Below are positions 50,843 through 59,546 of a stretch of 64,000 nucleotides of DNA, piece after piece; within the stretch, counting starts at the first letter, position 1, and every line of letters starts with the position of its first letter. This DNA comes from Fidelibacterota bacterium (lineage in GTDB: Bacteria; Fidelibacterota; Marinisomatia; Marinisomatales; UBA1611). The position numbers and the translations under genes were made by a program. The notes beneath the pieces are model-generated. The model was not told the DNA's origin. It made no database searches and saw only the letters and a list, made by a program, of their open reading frames with translations. Where the stretch lies: contig JAOHKG010000001.1 of the NCBI GenBank assembly GCA_028101095.1, positions 1,332 to 65,331 of the forward strand, written 5' to 3'.

Positions 50843-51892
50843 ATGAAACTTATAGAGAACCTAGATAGTGGAATATTAATTCTTGTTGCAAGTATATTAA
50901 TCTCCACTATTTTATCTTGGATAAGTTTATTTATTGCACCCAAAATAAATTTAATGGATGATCCAAGATCTGCCGATCACAAAAAACATAAAAAGAAAAT
51001 ACCCATTACAGGTGGTTTAATCCTCTTCAGTACGGTTTTTGTACTTATCATACTCACAAACTTATGGGATAACTCTAATATATGGGCAATCCTTACTTCC
51101 AGTTCAATTATTTTTTTCTTAGGCCTTTTAGACGATTACATTCAATTAAAACCTTTACAAAAACTTTTCGGACAATTTCTTGGTGCTTTGGTCTTGATTT
51201 TAAATGGTGTTCAGATAAATATATTTAATTCGCCTGAATTTATTAATTCATCTGAAACTATTATAAATAATTGGCTAAATATAGGCTTTACTATTTTTTG
51301 GATGTTAGCTCTAGCTAATGCATTCAATTTTATAGACAGTATAGATGGATTAGTGGTTGGGCTTAGTGGTGTTTCAACTTTATTTTTTTTTATTATATCA
51401 TTAACAACAGGACAAGAAGAACTCTTTTTATTTTGTTCGATTCTACTTGGAGTTTGCATTGGGCTTTATTTCTTCAACTCACATCCAGCAAAGTTATTTC
51501 TAGGTGATTCAGGTGCACAAACTTTAGGATTTATTTTAGCATCAATTGCTATTATTTATAATCCATTAAGAGGAGGGCAATCCTCTACATGGTTTGTACC
51601 AATTCTAATATTCTACATGCCTCTTTTTGACCTTATACTTGTAGTCTTATCAAGATTTAAAAGAAATAAAAAAATTTATAAAGCATCTAGAGATCATACA
51701 TACCATAGATTATCAGATAAAGGTGTTTCTATTCACCATTCTGTATTAATTATTCATGGAGTGTCACTTGTGATGAGTATGATTGGTTATTTATGTTTAA
51801 ATTTGTCAACTATCAATGCTAACTTAATTTTCTCCAGTTCAATATTGATCGGTATAGCAGCATTTATTAAACTTGATAAGAACTATTTATAA
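50843..51892 (+). CDS. MraY/WecA-family polyprenol-phosphate sugar-1-phosphate transferase (GT4)
   Basis: The 349-aa polytopic protein carries LLDDY, NAFNFIDSIDGL and LGDSGAQTLGF. Confidence 0.8.
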   Translation: MKLIENLDSGILILVASILISTILSWISLFIAPKINLMDDPRSADHKKHKKKIPITGGLILFSTVFVLIILTNLWDNSNIWAILTSSSIIFFLGLLDDYIQLKPLQKLFGQFLGALVLILNGVQINIFNSPEFINSSETIINNWLNIGFTIFWMLALANAFNFIDSIDGLVVGLSGVSTLFFFIISLTTGQEELFLFCSILLGVCIGLYFFNSHPAKLFLGDSGAQTLGFILASIAIIYNPLRGGQSSTWFVPILIFYMPLFDLILVVLSRFKRNKKIYKASRDHTYHRLSDKGVSIHHSVLIIHGVSLVMSMIGYLCLNLSTINANLIFSSSILIGIAAFIKLDKNYL

Positions 51893-51894
51893 TT

Positions 51895-52848
51895 ATGATT
51901 CAAAAATATTATTTAGAATTTGAAAAACCATTTAAATCGCTCGATGAAGAGATTTTAGAGCTTGAAAGTAATCATAACCCAGACCAAAAATTATTAACTA
52001 AGCAATATAATAAAAGATCTGAGTTAATAAAAAAAATATATTCAAGACTTAGTAGATGGGAAAGAGTCCAATTAGCAAGGCATCCAAATCGTCCATATTC
52101 AAAAGATTATATAGAGTTTTTCTCACCAGATTTCATTGAATTACATGGAGACAGATACTTTAGAGATGATCCAGCTGTTGTTTCTGGTATAGGACACTTC
52201 GATGATTTTAAAGTTGCATGGATTGGTCAACAAAAAGGTAGAAACACAAAAGAAAACTTATATCGGAATTTTGGGATGATGAGACCTGAAGGTTATAGAA
52301 AAGCAATAAGGGTAATGAAGATAGCTGAAAAGTTTAATCTACCAATCATCTCTCTTTTGGATACTATTGGAGCTTATCCTGGTATTGGTGCAGAGGAGAG
52401 AGGGCAAGGCGAAGCAATAGCTAAAAATTTAATTACAATGTCAGGAATAGAAGTACCAATAATATCAGTTGTTATTGGGGAAGGAGCAAGTGGAGGAGCT
52501 CTAGGAATTGGGGTCTGTGATAGAATGTTAATGATGGAAAATACATGGTATTCTGTAATCAGTCCTGAGGGTTGCGCATCAATTCTTTTTCGAGATGCGA
52601 AAAGAGCTGAAGATGCAGCAGAGGCATTAAAGCCAACACCAAAAGATTTGTTAGAGATAGGTATATGTGATAGGATTATTGAAGAGCCAAATGGAGGAGC
52701 ACATCGTGATTTTGAAGCATCATGTAATTCCTTGAAAAATGTTTTGCTTGATGAGATAAAAAAGCTCTCCTCTGTTGATAAAAAAGATTTTCTCCAAAAT
52801 AGAATAGAAAAATATGCTGCACTAGGTTTCTTTGAAGAAATTTCCTAG
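51895..52848 (+). CDS. accA: acetyl-CoA carboxylase carboxyltransferase subunit alpha
   Basis: The 317-aa ORF carries ARHPNRPY, DTIGAYPGIGAEERGQGEAIA and VIGEGASGGALG. Confidence 0.95.
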   Translation: MIQKYYLEFEKPFKSLDEEILELESNHNPDQKLLTKQYNKRSELIKKIYSRLSRWERVQLARHPNRPYSKDYIEFFSPDFIELHGDRYFRDDPAVVSGIGHFDDFKVAWIGQQKGRNTKENLYRNFGMMRPEGYRKAIRVMKIAEKFNLPIISLLDTIGAYPGIGAEERGQGEAIAKNLITMSGIEVPIISVVIGEGASGGALGIGVCDRMLMMENTWYSVISPEGCASILFRDAKRAEDAAEALKPTPKDLLEIGICDRIIEEPNGGAHRDFEASCNSLKNVLLDEIKKLSSVDKKDFLQNRIEKYAALGFFEEIS

Positions 52849-53255
52849 TGCAGCATAAATTCCAAACAAAAGTTTATTATAAAGATATTGACCAAATGGG
52901 AGTTGTCTACTACTCACGATATTTTGAATATTTTGAGCAAGGAAGAACTGAGCTTCTAAATTCAATCGGACTCAATGTTTCAGAAATAGAAAACCAAGGT
53001 ATCTTTTTGCCCGTTGTCCTAGCCCATTGTGAATATAATAAGGGAGCAAGGTTTGAAGATAAAATCACAATAATATCAAAGATTAATGAACTTCCAAAGT
53101 CTAGATTAAAAATTAATTATTTAATAACAAAATATGATCCCATTGAAAAAATTGCTTTTGGCTTTACTGAGCACGCATTTATGAAAAAAAATGGTAAACC
53201 GACAAGGCCACCTAAAATAATTTTTGATTCAATTAAACACAATCTGGAAGCATGA
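52848..53255 (+). CDS. acyl-CoA thioesterase (4HBT/YbgC hotdog family)
   Basis: The 135-aa ORF has a GTG start overlapping the accA stop. VYYKDIDQMGVVYYSRYFEYFEQGRTE carries the catalytic Asp region. Confidence 0.8.
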   Translation: MQHKFQTKVYYKDIDQMGVVYYSRYFEYFEQGRTELLNSIGLNVSEIENQGIFLPVVLAHCEYNKGARFEDKITIISKINELPKSRLKINYLITKYDPIEKIAFGFTEHAFMKKNGKPTRPPKIIFDSIKHNLEA

Positions 53256-54283
53256 AGTTTAAGTTTTTATTATTTTCTTTTTTCTGCTTTCTTTTAAGCT
53301 GTGATTCAAAGCTTGCTTATCCATGGATTACTGTTTCAGACTTAGATCAAGTATTTAAAATAGCTGGTGATAAATTGGTATTAATTGATTTTGAGACTGA
53401 ATGGTGAACATGGTGTGATCGACTGGATGTTGATACTTTCAATGATGATAAAATCAAAAAATTTGCCAATGATTATTTATTAAGCATAAAAATTGATGCT
53501 GAAAAAGGAATTGGTCCAGAAATTGCAAAACGTTTTAATATTCGAGGTTATCCAACCATAGTTATTGCTAATAATAAGGGATATGAAGTTGATAGAATTG
53601 TTGGGTATTTAAGCCCTGATAGTTTTTTAAAAGGACTTCATCGAATTAGAAAAGGAAAAAATACAATATCCTCACTTTTAAATAAATTTCAATCAAATCC
53701 AAATAATTTCAACACACTTTTTAATCTAGCAAAAAAGTATGAAGGGAAAGGAGATATTGCCTCTGCAAACAGAATGATTAATGCAATTCTAGCTGCAAAT
53801 ATAGACTCATCCGGGGTTGCTTACTTTTTTTCAATTTTATATGAAGCACGTGAAAAAGAAGATTCTGAAAAACTCTTAAAATATGTAGAAAACAATCCAG
53901 AAAGTAAAAATATAAAAAGAGCAATCTCGGAGGCTATGTTTTATGTTCGTAAAAAAGGAGTAAATAAAAAACTTGAATCTGAACTTTTTTTAAAATTAAT
54001 TAATCTAGATGACAAAGTATCTCTGAATCTGATTAATAGTTTTTCTTGGAGAATGAGCGAGTTAGAGTTAAATCTTGAAATCGCGTTGCAAAAAATTAAC
54101 TATGCAATTGAAAATGTTAAAGATATGGAACAAAAACATATGTTTATTGATACTAAGGCTGAACTATTTTATAAAATGAAGAAATTTGAATCTGCATTGA
54201 AAGAAATAAAAAAATGTATTAAATATGATTCTGATAATGAATACTATAATAGCCAGTTTAAAAAAATAAATAATCATATATAA
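53252..54283 (+). CDS. thioredoxin-fold lipoprotein with a C-terminal helical/TPR-like domain; contains one in-frame TGA (53405-53407) at the first Cys of WCxxC, making it a candidate selenoprotein (or a very recent pseudogene)
   Basis: ATG 53252 overlaps the upstream stop (ATGA). The lipoprotein signal is MKFKFLLFSFFCFLLSC. The Trx fold reads LVLIDFETEW-[TGA]-TWCDRLD...IKIDAEKG...RGYPTIVI...RIVGY. The same frame stays open for 292 more codons to TAA 54281-54283. The ORF track reports only 53774-54283. Confidence 0.55.
53418..53434 (+). promoter_or_regulatory. candidate bacterial SECIS-like hairpin downstream of the in-frame UGA
   Basis: AUCGAC-UGGAU-GUUGAU forms a 6-bp stem (one G-U pair) with a 5-nt loop containing GG. 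The stem starts 11 nt after the UGA and the loop starts 17 nt after it. The structure is short and AU-rich, so it is weak evidence on its own. Confidence 0.3.
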
Positions 54284-54291
54284 CTAGAAAG

Positions 54292-55191
54292 TTAATTTAG
54301 GTTTCTATTCGTTTTTTTATTTATAATTAAAATAGCTATAAGACTCAAAGATCCCCCAAGTATTGTAAAATAATTAATTGATTCTCCTAGTAAAATGATG
54401 GCAAAAAATACTGCTGTAATGGGTACCATCAAGATATAAGAGCTTGCTTTTTGAGGACCTAAAATCGAAGTAGCTTTAAAATAAATACTTTGTCCGAATG
54501 CCATAGCACCAATTGATATTATAATTAGATTTGTCCAAAATATCCAATCATAATTAAAAACTATAAAAATATTTTTATTTGAAGCAAATAAAAATGAAAT
54601 TAAAAATCCAAAGAAAAAACTCCAGAAAGTATATGTCATGTAGTTAATATATTTTTTAGAAATCGATGTATTTATAGTAACACAAACCCATGAAAGAGAT
54701 GCGCCTAAAAAATATATATTTCCCGTTTTTATAATTAAACTTTGATTAATGTTCCATATTTGTGTTATCAGAGAACTTCCAATCACAGCTAGTATCAATG
54801 CAAACCAATCTTTTTTAGGAATTCTTTTCTTAAATAATAATCCTAGGATTATTGTAGTTAGAATAGGATTTAATGTTGTTACTAAGACGCCTCCAGTAGA
54901 AGCATAACCATATTTTGTACCAGCAAAGTAAAATATATTGTAAAAGGTTATTAAAGAAGCATTAAGGGTAATACTTGGAATACTTATCAATGGAGGAAGG
55001 ATTGATACTTTCGAGATGATTAAGATCGGGAAAAAAAATAAAGCAGCAAAAAAAAATCTCCACAAAATTATAATTTCAACACTGTTATAATTTCCAAGGA
55101 TTTTTCCATTAGTCCATGATAGACCCCAAGTCATCATAGCTAATACAAGAAGCATTTGAAATTTAAAATCTACATCTTTTTGCAGAGGCAT
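54292..55191 (-). CDS. EamA/DMT-superfamily transporter
   Basis: The 299-aa ORF has about 10 hydrophobic segments arranged as two EamA-like halves. Confidence 0.8.
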   Translation of the reverse strand: MPLQKDVDFKFQMLLVLAMMTWGLSWTNGKILGNYNSVEIIILWRFFFAALFFFPILIISKVSILPPLISIPSITLNASLITFYNIFYFAGTKYGYASTGGVLVTTLNPILTTIILGLLFKKRIPKKDWFALILAVIGSSLITQIWNINQSLIIKTGNIYFLGASLSWVCVTINTSISKKYINYMTYTFWSFFFGFLISFLFASNKNIFIVFNYDWIFWTNLIIISIGAMAFGQSIYFKATSILGPQKASSYILMVPITAVFFAIILLGESINYFTILGGSLSLIAILIINKKTNRNLN

Positions 55192-55194
55192 GAA

Positions 55195-56790
55195 TTACAT
55201 TCTGAAAACGGGAGCTTTGTATTCAGAATTTGTATTATTCGTAGCTTCTAATGCCTGTTTTAATACTTCTCTAGTATCTAGCGGGTCAATAATACCATCA
55301 TCCCACAGCCTTGAACTAGCGTAATAAGGGCTACCTTCTTTTTCATATTTCTCCTCAATAGGTTTTTTTAATTCTAAAATTTCTTGTTCTGAAATTTCTT
55401 CATTAATCTTAGCTAATTGATCCTTTTTTACGGATACCATTACACTAGCTGCTTGCATACCACCCATTACAGAAATCCTAGCATTTGGCCACATCCATAG
55501 AAACCTAGGTTGATATGCTCTGCCACACATTGCATAATTCCCGGCACCAAAACTTCCGCCAATAATTACTGTTAGTTTAGGAACATTCGCGGTGGCAACA
55601 GCTTGTACCATTTTTGCGCCATCTTTGGCTATTCCACCAGCTTCTGCTTTTTTTCCAACCATGAATCCCGTAATATTTTGAAGAAATAAAAGTGGTATCT
55701 TTCTCTGACCGCATATTTCAATAAAATGAGCACCTTTTAATGCAGTTTGACTTATCAAAACTCCATTGTTAGCAATAATTCCAATAGGGTTACCACCGAT
55801 TTTTGCAAAACCTGTGACTAATGTTTTTCCATAATTCATTTTAAACTCTTCAAAATTTGAATCATCAACTATTCGAGCAATTATTTCATGTACATCAAAT
55901 GGTTTTTGGTAACTTTTTGATAATATTCCATATATTTCTTCGACTTTTAATCGTGGCCCTGAATATTTATTTTTAATAATTTCTTTTTTAGGTAAATGAT
56001 CAATAATACCACGCAATATCTTTAAAGCATCGTTATCATCTTTTGCGAAATGATCTGCAACCCCACTAATCCTAGTATGAAGCGTTGCTCCTCCTAATTC
56101 TTCAGCGCTAGCAACTTCACCAATAGCTGCTTTTACGAGTGGTGGTCCGCCTAAAAATATTGTACCTGTTTTATCAACTATAATAGCCTCATCACTCATT
56201 GCTGGTACGTATGCACCACCAGCAGTGCAAGAACCCATAACAGCAGAAAGTTGAGGTATTCCTTCGGCACTCATTTTAGCCTGATTAAAAAATATTCTTC
56301 CAAAATGGTTTTTGTCTGGAAAGACTTCATCTTGTTTGGGTAAAAATGCACCTCCACTATCTACTAAGTAAATACATGGAAGTTTATTCTCAAAAGCAAT
56401 TTCTTGCGCTCTTAAATGTTTTTTTACCGTAATTGGATAATATGTTCCTCCTTTTACGGTTGCATCATTTGCAACTATAACACAAATTCTTCCATGAACA
56501 TAAATGATGCCAGTAATTATTCCTCCTGCAGGAACAGAATCCTCATATAATTCATAACCAGCCAGAGGTGAAAACTCCAAAAATTTTGTATCTTTATCTT
56601 TTAGTAAATTTATTCGCTCACGAGCGGTGATCTTCCCTCGTTTAGTATGTTTTTCGATATACTTTAAAGGACCCATCTTTTCAATCTTTTCTAGAATTTT
56701 AAATAATTTACCTGATAATTTTTTATTATGATCATAATTAGTTACGTAATCTTCAGAAGATGTATTGACTTTGGTCTCTATGATTGGCAT
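55195..56790 (-). CDS. acyl-CoA carboxylase carboxyltransferase (beta) subunit, methylcrotonyl-CoA carboxylase-like
   Basis: The 531-aa ORF carries [25 protein letters not shown] and [16 protein letters not shown]. The N-terminus (KVNTSSEDY...N) resembles MccB. Confidence 0.85.
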   Translation of the reverse strand: MPIIETKVNTSSEDYVTNYDHNKKLSGKLFKILEKIEKMGPLKYIEKHTKRGKITARERINLLKDKDTKFLEFSPLAGYELYEDSVPAGGIITGIIYVHGRICVIVANDATVKGGTYYPITVKKHLRAQEIAFENKLPCIYLVDSGGAFLPKQDEVFPDKNHFGRIFFNQAKMSAEGIPQLSAVMGSCTAGGAYVPAMSDEAIIVDKTGTIFLGGPPLVKAAIGEVASAEELGGATLHTRISGVADHFAKDDNDALKILRGIIDHLPKKEIIKNKYSGPRLKVEEIYGILSKSYQKPFDVHEIIARIVDDSNFEEFKMNYGKTLVTGFAKIGGNPIGIIANNGVLISQTALKGAHFIEICGQRKIPLLFLQNITGFMVGKKAEAGGIAKDGAKMVQAVATANVPKLTVIIGGSFGAGNYAMCGRAYQPRFLWMWPNARISVMGGMQAASVMVSVKKDQLAKINEEISEQEILELKKPIEEKYEKEGSPYYASSRLWDDGIIDPLDTREVLKQALEATNNTNSEYKAPVFRM

Positions 56791-56855
56791 TTTTTCGTCT
56801 AAAATTTCGTTGCAATTATAGTAAAAATTACAATTCCCTAATTTTTACTTAAGAA

Positions 56856-58688
56856 TTAGAAGTAATATTTTCTATTATCGACTATATCGGCATTATCTTT
56901 TAAATCATTAAGCCAATTTTGAAAATATTGATTTTGTTTTCTATTAAATAATGTACTTCGAATGAGATCCTTTTGCACTGTGTATTCCGTAGAGTCAAAA
57001 CTTGATAATGCTTTAATTTGAATGATTGCATAACCTCTGTTTGTTTCTAAAGGTCCCAATATTTCACCTATCTCAGAGCTGAGGAGTGCTCCGGTAATTC
57101 TGCTATTTTTACCTATTGATGTGAAGCTTTGAGAAAGTGTCTTAACATCTTCTTTTATTATTTCAATTCCATCTTCAGGAGTTAGCATTTTTTCTAAAGT
57201 TAGCTTAGTTCCAGTTAAATCGATCAATATATCATTAGCTTTATCTAAAGAAAGAGCATCAATGTTCTCTTTTTCTAAGTTTAGTTCAACTTCTTTTTTT
57301 ACTTGTTCTAATGATTTAAATCCTGGTGGTGTTATAGAACTCAACTGACAAATAATATAATAATCATCATTTTCTAGTATATCAGATATGTCACCCTTTT
57401 CATTTCTAAATGCGAACGTTATTGCAGAACGGATTCCACCAATTCCTGGGATTGAGTAATCTTCAGAATCAATATTAAGGTGCTCTTTTTCTTTTAGAAT
57501 ATGTTCTTCTAAAGCATTTTTGAATCCATTATCTTGCGCATCATAACTAAAAAGTGTTGCATCTCTTTTTAAATTTGAAAGAGATGTAGAACTAATTTCA
57601 GTTTTTAATAAAATATGAGAAGCTAAAACTTCTTTTTCACCATCTTCATTTGTTCTTATATCTCGAACTTGTATTATGTGAAAACCAAAATTGGATTCAA
57701 CTGGTTTTATAATTTGATCTTTTTTTGATGCAAATGCTGCTTCTTCAAATTGCTTCACCATTTGACCTTTCTTGAACCATCCTAGGTCTCCTCCTTTTGT
57801 TCCTTGGTTACCTGGGTCCATTGAATATTCATTTGCTAGAGAAGAAAAACTTTCACCTGAATTTGCACGCGCGTATAGGTTTTCAGCAAGGTTTTTAGTA
57901 TCTGCAGAATCTTGTTTCGACGGATCTTTTTTCCATGATACATATTGAATAGACCGAAGTTCTTCATGTCTATATTTGTCTTTTTCTTTTTTATATTTAT
58001 TCTCTATCTCTTCTTCAGAAGGCTTTATATTCTGTTTGGATGTTTTTGATGCTGTAATATGTGCAGCGCTGATTGTATACTTAATATTTCGTTTAATAAA
58101 TTCATTTTTTATATCAGTTTCTGTTATAACAATACTTTCATCAACTATTTTCTGTAGTTTGAAATTAGGAATGTATGTTTCTTTCATAAATGATTCAATT
58201 GGAGCCCATTCATCACCCTGAGGGTTATTTAATGCTTGTCGATACTTATTTAAGTCGAATTTATTATCTGTTTGAAAATTGGGATTCTGTTGAAGGAAAG
58301 GAGGTGGATTATTTTTCAAATGAAATATTACTTCCTCATTTGAAGCTGAAATTTCTAGGCGCTGAACTTCTTGGGTCACAAGAACATCCTGGACCAAGTT
58401 GTCCCATGCAGTACTTCTTGCTCTCTGTAATATGAGATCATTAATTGGTCTTCCAGATGCTCGTGCATTTTCGACTTGTTGATTTACTAAATTGTTAAAT
58501 CTATCAGGAGAGATATTCACCTTATTGATTTGAGCAATAGTTGTTTGAGGGTTTACCCTTCCAATTAGTTGGTCCAGGATATTTGCTCCTCCAACTAGTC
58601 CTCCAATTGTCATGCTCAATAAGAACATCGCTAAAAGTGCCCAGAGAACAACATGCATCCTTTCTCTCATCGAAGTCATTAACGCCAT
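56856..58688 (-). CDS. ppiD: periplasmic chaperone/peptidyl-prolyl isomerase PpiD-like
   Basis: The 610-aa ORF has an N-terminal membrane anchor (VVLWALLAMFLLSMTIGGLVG). The parvulin domain carries ASHILLK and FGFHIIQV. Confidence 0.8.
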   Translation of the reverse strand: MALMTSMRERMHVVLWALLAMFLLSMTIGGLVGGANILDQLIGRVNPQTTIAQINKVNISPDRFNNLVNQQVENARASGRPINDLILQRARSTAWDNLVQDVLVTQEVQRLEISASNEEVIFHLKNNPPPFLQQNPNFQTDNKFDLNKYRQALNNPQGDEWAPIESFMKETYIPNFKLQKIVDESIVITETDIKNEFIKRNIKYTISAAHITASKTSKQNIKPSEEEIENKYKKEKDKYRHEELRSIQYVSWKKDPSKQDSADTKNLAENLYARANSGESFSSLANEYSMDPGNQGTKGGDLGWFKKGQMVKQFEEAAFASKKDQIIKPVESNFGFHIIQVRDIRTNEDGEKEVLASHILLKTEISSTSLSNLKRDATLFSYDAQDNGFKNALEEHILKEKEHLNIDSEDYSIPGIGGIRSAITFAFRNEKGDISDILENDDYYIICQLSSITPPGFKSLEQVKKEVELNLEKENIDALSLDKANDILIDLTGTKLTLEKMLTPEDGIEIIKEDVKTLSQSFTSIGKNSRITGALLSSEIGEILGPLETNRGYAIIQIKALSSFDSTEYTVQKDLIRSTLFNRKQNQYFQNWLNDLKDNADIVDNRKYYF

Positions 58689-58874
58689 AAAATAGCCTTT
58701 ATATTTAAATTTATTGTTAAATGTTTTTAATTATCAAAATATAGACTTCAAATCTATAACACGGTAATTAATGAAACAATGAGCAAGAATAATTTAAAAT
58801 TCTACCCAATATGATTTATTTGAGATATTACCTAATTTTAAATCTATTTAATCAACATAAAATATTTTTAAAAG

Positions 58875-59546
58875 ATGAATATCCAAAATTTAGAAAAAAA
58901 AATTATAGAATGTCGTAAATGTAATAGGTTAGTCAGTTTTAGGGAGAAAATAGCTTTTGAAAAACGAAAGTCTTTCATGAAATGGGATTATTGGGGAAAA
59001 CCAGTCCCTGGTTATGGTGATATTAATGAGCGTATTATGATTTTAGGTTTAGCACCTGCAGCTCATGGAGGCAATAGGACAGGGAGAGTGTTCACAGGCG
59101 ATAAATCTGCAGATTTTCTATTTAAATGTTTACATCATGTTGGACTCGCAAATCAATCAAACTCTGATTACAGGCAAGATGGACTTAAACTGAAAGGCTA
59201 TATGACTGTTGCTGTAAAATGTGTTCCTCCCGGAGATAAGCCAACACCTGACGAAAAAATAAACTGTGAACCTTTTCTTGCGCAAGAATTTAAAATTATG
59301 CCTCATTTAAAAGTTATTGTTGGTTTGGGAAAAATTGGATTTGATTCGTGTCTTAAATTCATAAAAAAATCGTATCCAATTAAAATGAAAGATTTCAAAT
59401 TTGGCCATGGTGTTAGGTATGAACTTCCGAATGGTCTAATCTTGTTTGGTTCATTTCACCCTAGTCCTAGAAATGTAAACACGAGAAAGTTAACTTTTGA
59501 AATGATGGTCAAGTTTTTTGAAACTTTAAAAAAGGATATTTCATAA
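58875..59546 (+). CDS. uracil-DNA glycosylase superfamily protein (family 4/5-like, Fe-S type)
   Basis: The 223-aa ORF carries CRKCNRL, GLAPAAHGGNRTGRVFTGD and SFHPSPRN. Confidence 0.8.
   Translation: MNIQNLEKKIIECRKCNRLVSFREKIAFEKRKSFMKWDYWGKPVPGYGDINERIMILGLAPAAHGGNRTGRVFTGDKSADFLFKCLHHVGLANQSNSDYRQDGLKLKGYMTVAVKCVPPGDKPTPDEKINCEPFLAQEFKIMPHLKVIVGLGKIGFDSCLKFIKKSYPIKMKDFKFGHGVRYELPNGLILFGSFHPSPRNVNTRKLTFEMMVKFFETLKKDIS

Noticed and set aside
53405-53407. Genome-wide reassignment of UGA (code 4 or 25) as the explanation for the in-frame TGA
   Set aside because: At least eleven well-supported genes in this window terminate at TGA at the position expected from their homologous C-termini (e.g. 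gdhA, trkA, lepA, the rmlD-like gene and the thioesterase). UGA is therefore a normal stop here.
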